Shown: positions 24,530-37,302 of the stretch, in pieces
Layout of the letters: every line of letters begins with the position of its first letter
How positions within the stretch are numbered: position 1 is the first letter of the stretch
DNA from: Octopus sinensis
Lineage: Eukaryota
Assembly: GCF_006345805.1 (NCBI RefSeq)
Contig: NC_042999.1
Span: forward strand, 50,468,001 to 50,532,000
Length of the DNA stretch: 64,000 nt
Direction: 5' to 3'
Position numbers and translations under genes: made by a program
Notes under the pieces: model-generated
Databases searched by the model: none
What the model was told of the DNA's origin: nothing
What the model saw: the letters and a program-made list of their open reading frames with translations, nothing else

Positions 24530-24855
24530 CCCCCTTCGGTCATGAGTGACCATAGGATTGCACCTAGAAAGTTACCCTCCAGCGCACAAGTTTGGGCAAG
24601 ATTGTTTGCGGAAGACCAGCAGTCGCCCATGCATACCAGCCTCCCATCTTCACACCAGTGATGTTATCCAAGGGAAAGGCAAAGTTCGATACAGCTCGGC
24701 ACCAGTGATGTCACAACTCATTTCTACAGCTAAGTTAACTGGAGCAACGTGAAATAAAGTGTCTTGCTCAAGAATACAACACACAGCCTGGTCCAAGAAT
24801 CAAACTCACAACCTCATGATCGTAAGCTCTACGCTCTAACCACTAACCCATGTGC
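24530..24855 (-). mobile_element. tRNA-derived SINE (family D head, alternative body)
   Basis: Reverse-complement match to 59528-59857. Confidence 0.85.
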
Positions 24856-24883
24856 TTTCATACACACACACATACACACACAA

Positions 24884-24915
<32 letters not shown>

Positions 24916-26349
24916 CAACACACACACAGACACATATATCTCTGTATTAAAGATATTATGGGGTATACATAATTTTATCCATCGCTGCAGTCATAAATTA
25001 AATAAATTTAGTGAACACATAAGATTGTAAATGTATAACAAGTTATGTATGACATGTTTATACTCTTACCATGAAAGCAAGTGGGCAATCGGCTGGATAT
25101 TATGACTGTCTTACATAACTTGGTATCTCATAATGCTATTTGATTTATGAAAGGTAAGTTATAAGAGGTTGTTACATTTTCCCTCCTTTTAAAATGATTA
25201 AGAATAAACTGAAAATTTATATTTTTATCAGTTGCTTTTGTTATAAATAAGCAATTTGCTTATATTGTTTACTGTTAGTTAGAGTCATCATCAAAAGTGG
25301 CATTTTATGTCTGTTTTTCCATGGTAACAAGGTTTGGATGGTTTGTCTGAGAGGGTTTTACAGACAGAGACTCTTCCTGTTGCTAAGAATCTTGATTGCT
25401 TCTTACAACACACAGGGATGCAGTGAATTCTAAAACTCATAATCAACCAAATAAATAAAATTCAAAAACTGGTTCTATTTAATATAATTGTTGGGTGTGA
25501 ATTGGAAGAGAGAGAATTTTAATCTACTATTTCATATTCAGTAACATTGTGTGTCATAAGGTCTTGTCAATTAGACAGTGGAAATCAGAGGGGGCCACCA
25601 TTATTGGGCTGTGCTCAGGACATCAGTTGGCCTTAATCCAACCTTGGTTGTGACTAATCATAATTTATTTCAGCAAGATTACAAAACCTAAGTCCAGTGA
25701 GTTCATAAGATGTAACATTGGACACTCTACAATGTTTTGTTTGTTTTGATTTTGATTAAATCATGCTAGGGCATGTTTAGCATTTCATTACTCTGTCTTC
25801 AACAAGTGTGCAAGATATTAAATTGACTTTGCTTTGTTCCACAACAAAAATATAAAAATAAATGTTTTTGTGTCTTATGAAAACAAATCAATTTTATGAA
25901 ATAAACTTAAATGGAAATGCACTAACCAGAGATTACTTATAAATCATTTCAGCTTAGTGTTTGACAGACTATTTTTAATTTTAAACCAAAGCTAACTCTG
26001 TTCACTTCAAGACAATACAGCTGAAAAGGTTTTGCAGATAACCCTGCACTTGTCACTTAGTGATTTTGCAAAATAAATCCACAACTGTAAGAAGTAGCCT
26101 AAAATTACAAGAAGTTTTCAAAAATATTCAAACAAAAATATTCAAACAAAAACAGGGTGTCTAACAAGGTGCTGTCATAGAGTTAAGAAGTTAGCATCAC
26201 AGTTGAGTGTTTCCAGGCTGAATCTCACAGTTCAATACCTTAAGTAATTTCTACTACCAAATAACAAAAGCCTCGTGAGTATCATTTGGGGGATCGGAAA
26301 CCAAGATTTCCAGTGGATGGGATTATAAATATAAGTATATATATATATA

Positions 26350-26559
26350 GTTAATCCAAACATGAAAACACAAAGAGAAAACACAATGACGCGAGGACAT
26401 GGAACAAATATAGTATTATTGGACACTCAGGAAGGAAGGGAAAAAGGAGGGTTCTACGTTTCAAGTGGAGCTCTTCATCAGAAACATAGGAAAAGGAAAG
26501 ATCCAGAGAAGGGAAGACGGAGGAAAAAAATCGCCAACGGTACACACGTGGTCACATTT

Positions 26560-26560
<1 letters not shown>
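26350..26560 (-). mobile_element. PLE-type terminal fragment between (TA)n runs
   Basis: Homologous to 22198-22405; contains an HHR. Confidence 0.7.
26451..26485 (-). ncRNA. Minimal type I hammerhead, core CUGAUGA, predicted cleavage GUA after 26455
   Basis: GUUU CUGAUGA A GAG-CUCCA-CUU GAAA C G U A GAAC; loopless palindromic stem III (ACGU), as in dimer-acting PLE HHRs. Confidence 0.65.
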
Positions 26561-26584
<24 letters not shown>

Positions 26585-26593
<9 letters not shown>

Positions 26594-26981
26594 CATTTAG
26601 AGATAGTAGGCCCCTTCATCTCACCGTATAAAAGAATTCAAATTTAAATACTTACTACTTTATAACTTGGCTACACGTGTTTCTTGAGGTACATTTCCCA
26701 GTTGCTTAACCACGCCGTGTTTTGCTGGAAACATTCTTAAAATATACCCCAATCATCAGGCCTTCTCATAGTTTGATATCTAACTATGAGAAAGTGATAT
26801 AGAGGCCTGATGATTGGGGTATATTTTAAGAATGGTTCCAGCAAAACACGGCGTGGTTAAGGAACCAGGAAATGTACCTCAAGAAACATGTGTAGCCAAG
26901 TTATAAAGTAGTAAGTATTTAAATTTGAATTCTTTTATATGGTGAGATGAAGGGGCCTACTATCTCTAAATAAAAATATAT
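26585..26981. repeat. Foldback, ~179-bp arms, with an 11-bp hairpin in the spacer
   Basis: 26585-26763 is the reverse complement of 26803-26981; ttctcatagtt/aactatgagaa in the spacer. Confidence 0.9.
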
Positions 26982-27050
26982 ATTTCCTCATTGAGAATAA
27001 TTTGAACCCCTGTTATGCCGGAATTTTTATTCCCTAACAAATAAAATTAA

Positions 27051-27127
<77 letters not shown>

Positions 27128-27887
27128 AAGGGTGGAAGAGAGAGAGAGACAGACAGATAGATAGCTAGACAGATATTTATATACATATATATACACAGTC
27201 AATCAAATATATTCAATGAGAATACAGCATACTGAATTTCAAATAAGTAAATATATATACATATATACACACACACGCATGTGTGTGTATGTCAAAAGAA
27301 TTCATTGAGCTACAGTAAGAAGATGAAACCTCTTCCCTCTATCTTCACCAAATATCAACCAAGTTCATGTTTTCCATCATTTACCCATTCTTGAAGTTAC
27401 TTAATCACCCTTTTTGTGATCTTCATGCTTCTTTTTTCATTGTATAATTTGTTCCTGCATGACCATATTCACCAGAAGTAGAGCGCTACAGTGTTGCATT
27501 ATATTCTATAAACCACTTCATTTTACACCTTTTGATAACTGACAGAAATGTTCATATTTTGCTGTCTTCTATATAATTTATTTCTTGACAGACACTTTCA
27601 TTAATTAGAAGGGTGTTTTAGTTTGTTGCTTGTGAACTAAACTAGTGCCCTTAGTTTGATGTTCATATGGAATGCAAAATATCCATTAATAACATTTCAT
27701 TTCAAAAGCCATGATACTTTATTCGCTTTTGGTATCACTATCCATGATTCATACCAATAAAGTAGAGCTGAAATTATGCTTGCTCTTATAGATGCAGTTT
27801 TTTTTTTTTGTTATTATTGCATTCTTCTTATTTTTTTTTGAACAGGGAACTTTGCAAATTTCTATAAAGCAATATAAGTAAGATACC

Positions 27888-28112
27888 TATTTCTTTATTA
27901 CCCACAAGGGGCTAAACAGAGGGGACAAACAAGGACAGACATAGGTATTAAGTCGATTACATCGACCCCAGTTCGTAACTGGTACTTAATTTATCGACTG
28001 CGAAAGGATGAAAGGCAAAGTCGACCTCGGTGGAATTTGAACTCACAATGTAACGCAGACGAAATACCGCTAAGCATTTCGCCCGGCGTGCTAACGCTTT
28101 TGCTAGCTCACC
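27888..28112 (-). mobile_element. SINE family C with 19-bp target-site duplication
   Basis: gcaatataagtaagatacc at both 27869-27887 and 28113-28131. Confidence 0.95.
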
Positions 28113-30653
28113 GCAATATAAGTAAGATACCATCATGAAAAAACTTAGTTGAATCAAACTATCTCTCAATTAAACCTTAAGTGAGATGTAGTCTTAGTCA
28201 TGTTTATGGTTCTATTTGCACCTAACCTAGAAATTTTATCTAGATCCCCCAGTACTTACTAGCATCAGCAGGATGAGGGGCAAAGTTGATCAGAGGTAGA
28301 ATTTGAACTCAAAATATATGGGTTATAATTAATACTGTGGGATAAATTACCCAATAGTCTAACAATTCAGCCAATCTATAACCATATTTTATACTTCTGG
28401 GGAAAACAGCATTATCAGATATTCTTTAAAAATATTCCTTCATAACATATGTGATAAATCTAACTAGGCACTTGCTCTCAAGTATATGAGAAACTCAGGT
28501 AATAAAAAAGCAAAACATCTTTACATTAATTAATTAGCCTTAGGACTTAGGAATGATTTTAATGAAGAATGTATAAATGAAGGTATAACTGAATCTTGTT
28601 AGTGGCAGCTTGACGAAGAAGAATTATTTGCTTTTCCACAGGTCAGCTTATCAGGTGGGAACAATTGATGACAACCTTCCACAGTTTGCAAAGGGTTTGT
28701 AACATCATTTTTGCAATTAACACCAGCTGCAAGTTGTGATAGAGCAAGTGATAGAAGGATGACTTCTGAACTAAAGTTCTGTATTTAAATCATTTACAAT
28801 CAAGATATCAAAAATCATTAATACACCATGCATATTTTCTAATTTTCACATTCTTTTTTTTTTTCTTTTTAGCTTAACTAGATGGTTAAGGACACTTTTC
28901 ATAGCCTCTGAGTCAGGTGCCATAAAGGGAGAAAATTGTCTCCAAAGCACTAATCTGGCCTGCAAATTTCTCGCAGAGTAAAGTCTAGAAGTAGACATTT
29001 AAGGACCAGGTAGGGATATTAAACCAGGTAATGAATTTAGTCAACCATTTAAGAGCAGGTATTGTGTCTTTATTTCTACACAATTTCCAAGAATCAAATT
29101 TCACTCACAAGGCCTATGGTGATAATAATAGAAGATAACTGCTCACAATGTTATACAGTAAATTTCTAAACCACACTGCTATATTCACACCCATATACTC
29201 AAGTACTTACAATAAGAAGACATCAAATTTTATCACTAGATAGGGATATGTAACAAAGTGGATGGTCAGAAAACTAAACAGCAGTATGAATGTGTTACTG
29301 ATATTTTTATTGCGTAAAAAGGAGAAGCACAAATATCTGATTCCAAAACGTTCAAGTTAAGGTTCAATAAAAAGAACAGACTTAATCAGAGCAGAAAAGT
29401 CAGTTTCCATGGCACTTTTCACAAACTTTGACACTGGTGGATGGAAGAGAAGACACTACCCTTTGACCAGACTAAAACCTAGTCCAAATGTCTGCAGCAG
29501 AGTGGACCCTGCTAAAGGTATCCAAGCTCCAAGAGGGAATGGTGTTCAACTGAGTGACTAATTAAGTCTACTACTGAAACAGGGACAGTCCATCTAATAG
29601 TTTTTCACACAGTTTCAGGCTACCAAATTTTGCCTTTCATAGTTTTTTTTTCGACTCAAGAAGAAGATACCTACTCAAGGTGATACACAACGGAATTGAG
29701 CTGGAATCTATGTAATTGCAAAACAAAATTCTGAATTACACTGCTACAATTTATTTTCCCTTGTCCAGTTTAGCAGTTGTAATAGCTTAGCTTTAATACT
29801 CTAGAAATGGATCGTTGTCAGTTTTGATGATTAGTCACTTGTTCAATCAACTGAACTATCCACTCATTAAATAAATCATATGTAATTGAGTATACTGCAA
29901 GCATATGAATCCTTAATATAATTCTTAAGCAGAATCAGTGTGACAGAATGTGACAAGGTTAGCGCTTTAACCCTTTTGATATCAACCTACCTGACACTAC
30001 CCCTGAGTCTACGTTACAAACACCCAGTTTTAAAATGATTTTAATTAAAAATCTTCCACCAAAATTTGATATTAATTTATGTTCCAAACACCAGGTTAAT
30101 AAATGACAAAGTTATTTTAATAAATTCATCATTTTAGAAATCAAGTGAAACAGAGGAAGCAGTGTATTTCAAGAGAAATATGGTAACAAAATGGTTAAAT
30201 TACAGGCTAATCCATTTAAAAGACTTCTGTAAAGTATCATCCATCCTAATTTCACTCACAAGGTTTAGGCAAACTAAAGACTGTGCTGACAGACACTTGC
30301 TCAAAATACCATACAGAAGAATCGAAAGATAGACCTCATGAATGCAAAATTAATTTCCTAACCATTCAGCCATCATCATTATCATCATCATCATCCAGTG
30401 TTTTAAATCCGGGTTTTGTCCCTGTTAACTGGAGTGGCCAGATCTACCTCAATGCCATAGCAGCCATCACTATCTCGCCATCTTGCCCAGTTTGGGGCAT
30501 CCTCCTTTTTCAAACCAAACCTCCCAATCTCCTCCTCCCCCTGTCCCCTCCACTTTTTCCCCCGTCTACCTCGCTTTCATGCTCCATTTACCTCAAACGC
30601 AATCACCCTCCCCAGAACATGCTCTTCATCCCTCCTCAACACATGCCCATACC

Positions 30654-30883
30654 TATTTCTTTACTATCCACAAGGGGCTAACACAGAGGGGACAAACAAG
30701 GACAGACAAACAGATTAAGTCGATTACATCGACTCCAGTGCGTAACTGGTACTTAATTTATCGACCCTGAAAGGATGAAAGGCAAAGTCGACCTCAGCGG
30801 AATTTGAACTCAGAACGTAACGGCAGACGAAATACCGCTACGCATTTCGCCCGGCGTACTAACGATTCTGCCAGCTCACCGCC
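30654..30883 (-). mobile_element. SINE family C
   Basis: Reverse-complement match to 11028-11257. Confidence 0.9.
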
Positions 30884-31407
30884 TCACAGGCTCATACCAC
30901 CTCACTCCGTTTGTCCTAGCCAGCCATACTACTTCTCACTCCCTTAGATGACTGCTAAATACTACACAAGTTTTTGCCCTTCTTGTCCTTCTTCAAATAC
31001 CTTTAGGCAACAGTAATACTAATAGTATTAACATCTCTCTCTATGGAAGCCTGGAATCACCACTATTCTACCAGCTGCAGTTTCCTAATATATGCAGGCC
31101 ATATTCACCACAAAGACTATCAGTCATCTTCTGTACATGATTAAGATAATTTAATTAATGACTTATTTAGATAGATAACGAATGACTGAATGAATGAATG
31201 AATGAATGAATGAATGAACGAATGGATGAATGAATAGTGGAGGCAGTGGTGGTGGTGGTGTTGGTGGTGGTGGTGGTAGTGGTAAATAATTGCAATTCTC
31301 CTTAGGTCTAGGAAATGAAACAAACTTAGCATTTTTCTTCTTCCTTGCAACCAGCATTTGCAAATGAATTAAGAATTCTTCAGCTAAAAGAAAGAGAAAG
31401 AGATAGG

Positions 31408-31443
<36 letters not shown>

Positions 31444-31854
31444 GAGTGAAACAAAAAGTGAAAATGTGAGACTGGTATATCAAGGGGAATTTTGGTCTCA
31501 CCCATTCCCAGTTATAACACATACACATGATGTACAACACACAAAACCAATGTCATATACAATACACATATATACATCTTACATACACTCACATGTATAT
31601 ATAGCTTATAGACACATACACACATACACACACATATATATCTAATGTAGAACACATATGCAAATGGTGTTTAATACACACACATATGTGTACAGATGCG
31701 CATAGATGCTTATCACAGTGTGATAATGGCAAATGAAACCAGCGGACATTCTTTAAGGAGATAGCACACCTCATTGTGAAGTGAAAACAGGAAATGGGGC
31801 AGAAGAATAGGTTTGGTTACTCTCTGCTGCTGCTGCTGTTGTAAGTATGAAGAG

Positions 31855-32900
31855 AGATTTGGGGATGACAATCATGATGATGGTGATGATGGTAATGACG
31901 ATGAGGAGGAGGGTGAGGAGGAGGAGGGTGAGGAGGCAGGACAATGATTGTGATAATGGTAATGATGACAATGATGATAAGGATGATGGTAATAATGAAG
32001 AGGGGAATGAGGAAGAGGATGTAAACAATAATCACAATGATGATGATGATGATGATGACAATTATGGCAATAATGATGATGACATTTCATAAGCATATAT
32101 CATTATGATGATGTTGACAAGGAAAATGTTGAAGAATATGTTCATTATGATAATGGCGCTGATGTTGTTGATGATGATGGTGATGGGGTTGATGGTTATA
32201 ATGAAGAGAAGAATGAGGAAGAGGATGACAGTTATGATCACAATAATGATGATGATGATGATGACAATGAGAGCAATAATAGTGACAATGATATTTCATG
32301 ATGATGATGATGATGATGATGATAATGAAGAATATGTTCATGGTGATGATTGTGATTATGATGATGATGATGATAATGGTGGTGGTGATGGTGATGGTGG
32401 TAATGATGATGGTGGTGGTGGTGGTGATGGTGGTGGTGATGATGATGATGGTGGTGGTGTTGATGATGATGATGGTGGTGGTGGTAGTAATAATGAGAAA
32501 GAGGAGAGTAGCAACAATAACAACAACAGCAACATGATGATAATGCCAACAATGACAAAGATGATGATAAGATGAGGATGATGATGACGCCAACAATGAC
32601 AAGAATGATGGTGGTAGTAATGATGATGAAAAACATCAAAACATTGAACAGTAAGAAAAGCAGCAGCAGCAGGTGGTGGTGGTGGTGGTGGTGGCGGTGG
32701 TGGTGGTAGTAGTAGTGGTAGTAGTAGCAACAGCAGCAGCAGCATAAGGAACAGTAATAGTATCTGTAGCAACAGCAGCAATGGTGGTGGTGGTGGTGGT
32801 GATGGTGGCGAAAATGACAGTGCAATGGTATTCATTATTAATGTGCAACAAAGTTGTTAAGACAGTAATCAGTATTGTTGTTGTTGTTGTGGTGGTGGTG
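31855..32900. repeat. Compound trinucleotide field (GAT/GGT/AAT/GAG/CAG)
   Basis: Low-complexity sequence; yields homopolymeric ORFs in several frames. Confidence 0.9.
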
Positions 32901-33569
32901 GGGGGTGATAAAAGAGTTGTCAGTAAGTTCAGCTGTGATTAGGTGGTTAGTGCCAAAATTGGTAGTTATTGGTGACAACTAAACTTCTTATCCAATTAAC
33001 ATTGCATACTAAACCAAACAGCCAATCGATACACTGTTTGTTTTATTTTCTCTTAATATACTGCCTTTCTCTATCACAATTAATGAAGTACAGTGCAGTT
33101 GGTTAAAGGTTTCCAAAGGGCCAATCTTTGGGTCATTGCATTTATGACAGTGACAGAAATAAGAGGGATAGACTTGTATCATCATCATCATTTCACATCC
33201 GTTTTCCATGCTGGCATGGGTTAGATCAGTAGTCCATATGTCCCCTGAGGGTCCATATAAGATTGTTAGCAGGCACGCAACAAATTAGAAAACTGGAAAT
33301 CCCCAATAGTATTTTAAGGGCCCTTGGAAAATTTTTCCTTTAGATGTATTGATATGTATTGCAAAAAACATCTAGGTTTCTTTCTCTAACAGTTTATTTA
33401 CATAATTCAACCTGTACAGGTGAATGTATGATGAATAAAATTGGAATTTTGAAAGAAGATTCTAAAAAACTAGTTTTTAAACATTGAATGGCTATGGGGG
33501 TCCACCAGAATAAAATAGTAATCAAAGGGGTTCATAGCTAAAAAATGGTTGAGAAGCCCTGGGTTAGGT

Positions 33570-34075
33570 GGTTTCACTGGAACTGGTAATCCACAGAGTT
33601 GCACCAGGATCCAGTCTGTTTTGGCTTGATTTCTACAGCTGGATGCCCTTCCTGACACCAACCATTCCACAGAGTGTAGTGGGTGCCTTTTATGTCTCAG
33701 AACAGGTGTCTTTTACATCTCGCTGGCACAGGTGTCTTTTACGTCTCAGCACAGGTGTCTTTTACATCTTGCTGGCACAGGTGCCTTTTACGTCTCAGCA
33801 CATGTGTCTTTCACATCTCGCTGGCACAGGTGCCTTTTACGTCTCAGCACAGGTGTCATTTACATCTCACTGGCACAAGTGCCTTTTATGTCTCAGCACA
33901 GGTGTCACTTACATCTCACTGTCACAAGTGCTTTATACATGTCACCGGCACAGGTGGATTTTATGAGTCACCAGCACATGTGCCTTTTACATATCGCTGG
34001 CCTGAGTGCCTATCATGTGTCACTGGCATGGGTGCTTTTTATATGTCACCAGCTTGTGTGACTTTTACATGCCAC
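33570..34075 (-). mobile_element. Family B-derived element whose internal repeat has expanded into a ~20/40-bp minisatellite
   Basis: Family B body at 33570-33690 followed by repeated gcacaggtg(t/c)cttttac units. Confidence 0.75.
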
Positions 34076-34447
34076 TGTTACCTATATTTATATTATATCT
34101 ATTCATTTGACATTTCCCAATACTTGCATGAGTTAGACAAATACATAAGCATAATGGTGACGTAGCTAAGATATGAGCCTCCTGGGGATACACTGCTAAT
34201 TACTAAGGCATTGCTTCACAGCTGGATACTCTTCCTGATGCTGTTTTCAAGCAAGAGCAAGAAGACATCCATACCACTGGTGTTCAAAAGCACAAAGCAG
34301 GGAAATGTCAATAAACCCCACCAAGAGTGCAGAATGTAAACACCCCCCAACCATGCAAACATTGCTCTTTTGCCATTCATTATTTGATATTGTGCTCTGT
34401 ACTCAACTGACACTTTACTCTAAGCCATAAGTATAAATAAATAAATA

Positions 34448-34680
34448 AATGTGCCTTCTCAAGCCATGTCAGGCTCATAAGGGCCAGTTTCCTGGTTTCA
34501 GTGACGTAGAAATTTCCCACTTGGACGGGATGCTATTTTTGCCAGCTGAGTGGACTGGAGCAATGTGAAAATGAAGTGTTTTGTTTAAGAACTCAACGCA
34601 TCGCCTGGTCCAGGAATTGAAACCACAACCATACGATCATGAGTTCAACACTCTAACCACTAAGCCACGCGCCTCCATAA
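34448..34680 (-). mobile_element. SINE family D
   Basis: Match to 8476-8722. Confidence 0.8.
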
Positions 34681-34954
34681 GCCATAAGTATACTGAGTTC
34701 TTAAAACTGGTTATTAGTATTACTGTGTCTAAGCAAAATTATTAAGCAAAAAAAAAAAAAAAGAAAAGAGAGAAAGAGAGATAAACATGAAAATCTTCAA
34801 ACAGTATTTTTCGACCAAAGTCACTCATATGGCATTATTTAGCTTGAAGCTATAGCAAAACAAACTTTCACAAGTATTGTGCAGTAGAATACAAACTAAA
34901 ACACTGGATCATGTGTTTGAGTATATGTATGTGTATATATTTAAATATATATAG

Positions 34955-34993
<39 letters not shown>

Positions 34994-35534
34994 ATATTTC
35001 AACAATTGAGGGTAAAATTAATTAATTAATTAATCAATTTCACCAAGTATTCAGTATGCAAAGGGACCATTTAAGGCGAATTCAAATTATTACATTATAT
35101 AAAAGGGCTTAGTAAAATAAATTACTTTGCCGCATACTGAACTCGTTAGAAATAGCAGCTAAAAAAACTTTTTATAAAACTATTTCTAACACTTAAAGAA
35201 ATTTTACTAAGCCCTTTTATATAATGTAATAATTTGAATTCGCCTTAAATGGTCCCTTTGCATACTGAATACTTGGTGAAATTGATTAATTAATTAATTA
35301 ATTTTACCCTCAATTGTTGAAATTATAATTCATCTCTCTCTACTTAATTGTCTCGGATTTTACCGAAAAAAGCATAGTGTTTGCTGATTTTAACCCACGC
35401 TGGTGGAAAGGGGAGAGCAGAAATTCTTCGCTTGCATATTTGAGTTTGTTGGCACTGTTAGTTTGGAGCAGATCTTCAGAAGCGATAACAAGCCGAAAGG
35501 GTATGCTCCCATTTTCAGTGTTTTCAGATTCAAA

Positions 35535-35609
35535 CAAGGGCATTCTGAGCTGATGAGAGAAGGGTCGATTTTGACTAATCTTGAAACGTACGTACTCAAA
35601 TAACCTTTG
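35535..35609 (+). ncRNA. Extended type I hammerhead, unit 1; cleavage GUA after 35594
   Basis: Stem I TGAG/CTCA, 5x5 internal loop, CAAGGG/CCTTTG; core CTGATGA; stem II GAGA/TCTT plus GGTC/GACT; GAAA; stem III AC-GTAC-GT. Confidence 0.88.
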
Positions 35610-36097
35610 CATTGATTTTTTAATGTCTCTACCCTCATACTTTCTTGAGTTGAATTGAGCAAACACTATGAGAGAGGTTTTCTTAAGTGTTAGAAATAGT
35701 TTTATAAAAAGTTTTTTTAGCTGCTATTTCTAACGAGTTCAGTATGCGGCAAAGTAATTTATTTTACTAAGCCCTTTTATATAATGTAATAATTTGAATT
35801 CGCCTTAAATGGTCCTTTGCATACTGAATACTTGGTGAAATTGATTAATTAATTAATTAATTTTACCCTCAATTGTTGAAATTATAATTCATCTCTCTCT
35901 ACTTAATTGTCTCAGATTTTACCGAAAAAAGCATAGTGTTTGCTGATTTTAACCACGCTGGTGGAAAGGGGAGAGGAGAGCAGAAATTCTTCGCTTGCAT
36001 ATTTGAGTTTGTTGGCACTGTTAGTTTGGAGCAGATCTTCAGAAGCGATAACAAGCCGAAAGGGTATGCTCCCATTTTCAGTGTTTTCAGATTCAAA

Positions 36098-36172
36098 CAA
36101 GGGCATTCTGAGCTGATGAGAGAAGGGTCGATTTTGACTAATCTTGAAACGTACGTACTCAAATAACCTTTG
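36098..36172 (+). ncRNA. Type I hammerhead, unit 2; cleavage after 36157
   Basis: Identical to unit 1 across the motif. Confidence 0.88.
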
Positions 36173-36664
36173 CATTTGATTTTTTAATGTCTCTACCCTC
36201 ATACTTTCTTGAGTTGAATTGAGCAAACACTATATGAGAGAGGTTTTCTTTAAGTGTTAGAAATAGTTTTATAAAAAGTTTTTTTAGCTGCTATTTCTAA
36301 CGAGTTCAGTATGCGGCAAAGTAATTTATTTTACTAAGCCCTTTTATATAATGTAATAATTTGAATTCGCCTTAAATGGTCCCTTTGCATACTGAATACT
36401 TGGTGAAATTGATTAATAATTAATTAATTTTACCCTCATTGTTGAATGAAATTAAATTCATCTCTCTCTACTTAATTGTCTCAGATTTTACCGAAAAAAG
36501 CATAGTGTTTGCTGATTTTAACCCACGCTGGTGTGGAAAGGGGAGAGCAGAAATTCTTCGCTTGCATATTTGAGTTTGTTGGCACTGTTAGTTTGGAGCA
36601 GATCTTCAGAAGCGATAACAAGCCGAAAGGGTATGCTCCCATTTTCAGTGTTTTCAGATTCAAA

Positions 36665-36739
36665 CAAGGGCATTCTGAGCTGATGAGAGAAGGGTCGATT
36701 TTGACTAATCTTGAAACGTACGTACTCAAATAACCTTTG
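36665..36739 (+). ncRNA. Type I hammerhead, unit 3; cleavage after 36724
   Basis: Identical to unit 1 across the motif. Confidence 0.88.
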
Positions 36740-37227
36740 CATTTGATTTTTTAATGTCTCTACCCTCATACTTTCTTGAGTTGAATTGAGCAAACACTAT
36801 ATGAGAGAGGTTTTCTTAAGTGTTAGAAATAGTTTTATAAAAAGTTTTTTTAGCTGCTATTTCTAACGAGTTCAGTATGCGGCAAAGTAATTTATTTTAG
36901 TAAGCCCTTTTATATAATGTAATAATTTGAATTCGCCTTAAATGGTCCCTTTGCATACTGAATACTTGGTGAAATTGATTAATTAATTAATTAATTTTAC
37001 CCTCAATTGTTGAAATTATAATTCATCTCTCTCTACTTAATTGTCTCGGATTTTACCGAAAAAAGCATAGTGTTTGCTGATTTTAACCCACGCTGGTGGA
37101 AAGGGGAGAGCAGAAATTCTTCGCTTGCATATTTGAGTTTGTTGGCACTGTTAGTTTGGAGCAGATCTTCAGAAGCGATAACAAGCCGAAAGGGTATGCT
37201 CCCATTTTCAGTGTTTTCAGATTCAAA

Positions 37228-37302
37228 CAAGGGCATTCTGAGCTGATGAGAGAAGGGTCGATTTTGACTAATCTTGAAACGTACGTACTCAAATAACCTT
37301 TG
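37228..37302 (+). ncRNA. Type I hammerhead, unit 4; cleavage after 37287
   Basis: Identical to unit 1 across the motif. Confidence 0.88.

Noticed and set aside
26807-26870. CUGAUGA...AAAAC in the foldback arm
   Set aside because: G12 is missing, and there is no stem I partner or valid NUH.
28590-28778. Minus-strand open frame NFSSEVILLSLALSQLAAG...
   Set aside because: Poor pyrimidine tract; runs into a stop with no convincing donor; no homology recognised.
31771-32851. Long His/Asp/Gly/Met/Thr-rich ORFs on both strands
   Set aside because: They are trinucleotide microsatellite translations, open in many frames, with no splice or domain support.
35473-35479. Minus-strand CUGAAGA in each array unit (possible opposite-polarity ribozyme)
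   Set aside because: No GAAA/NUH in the correct geometry could be folded on the minus strand.
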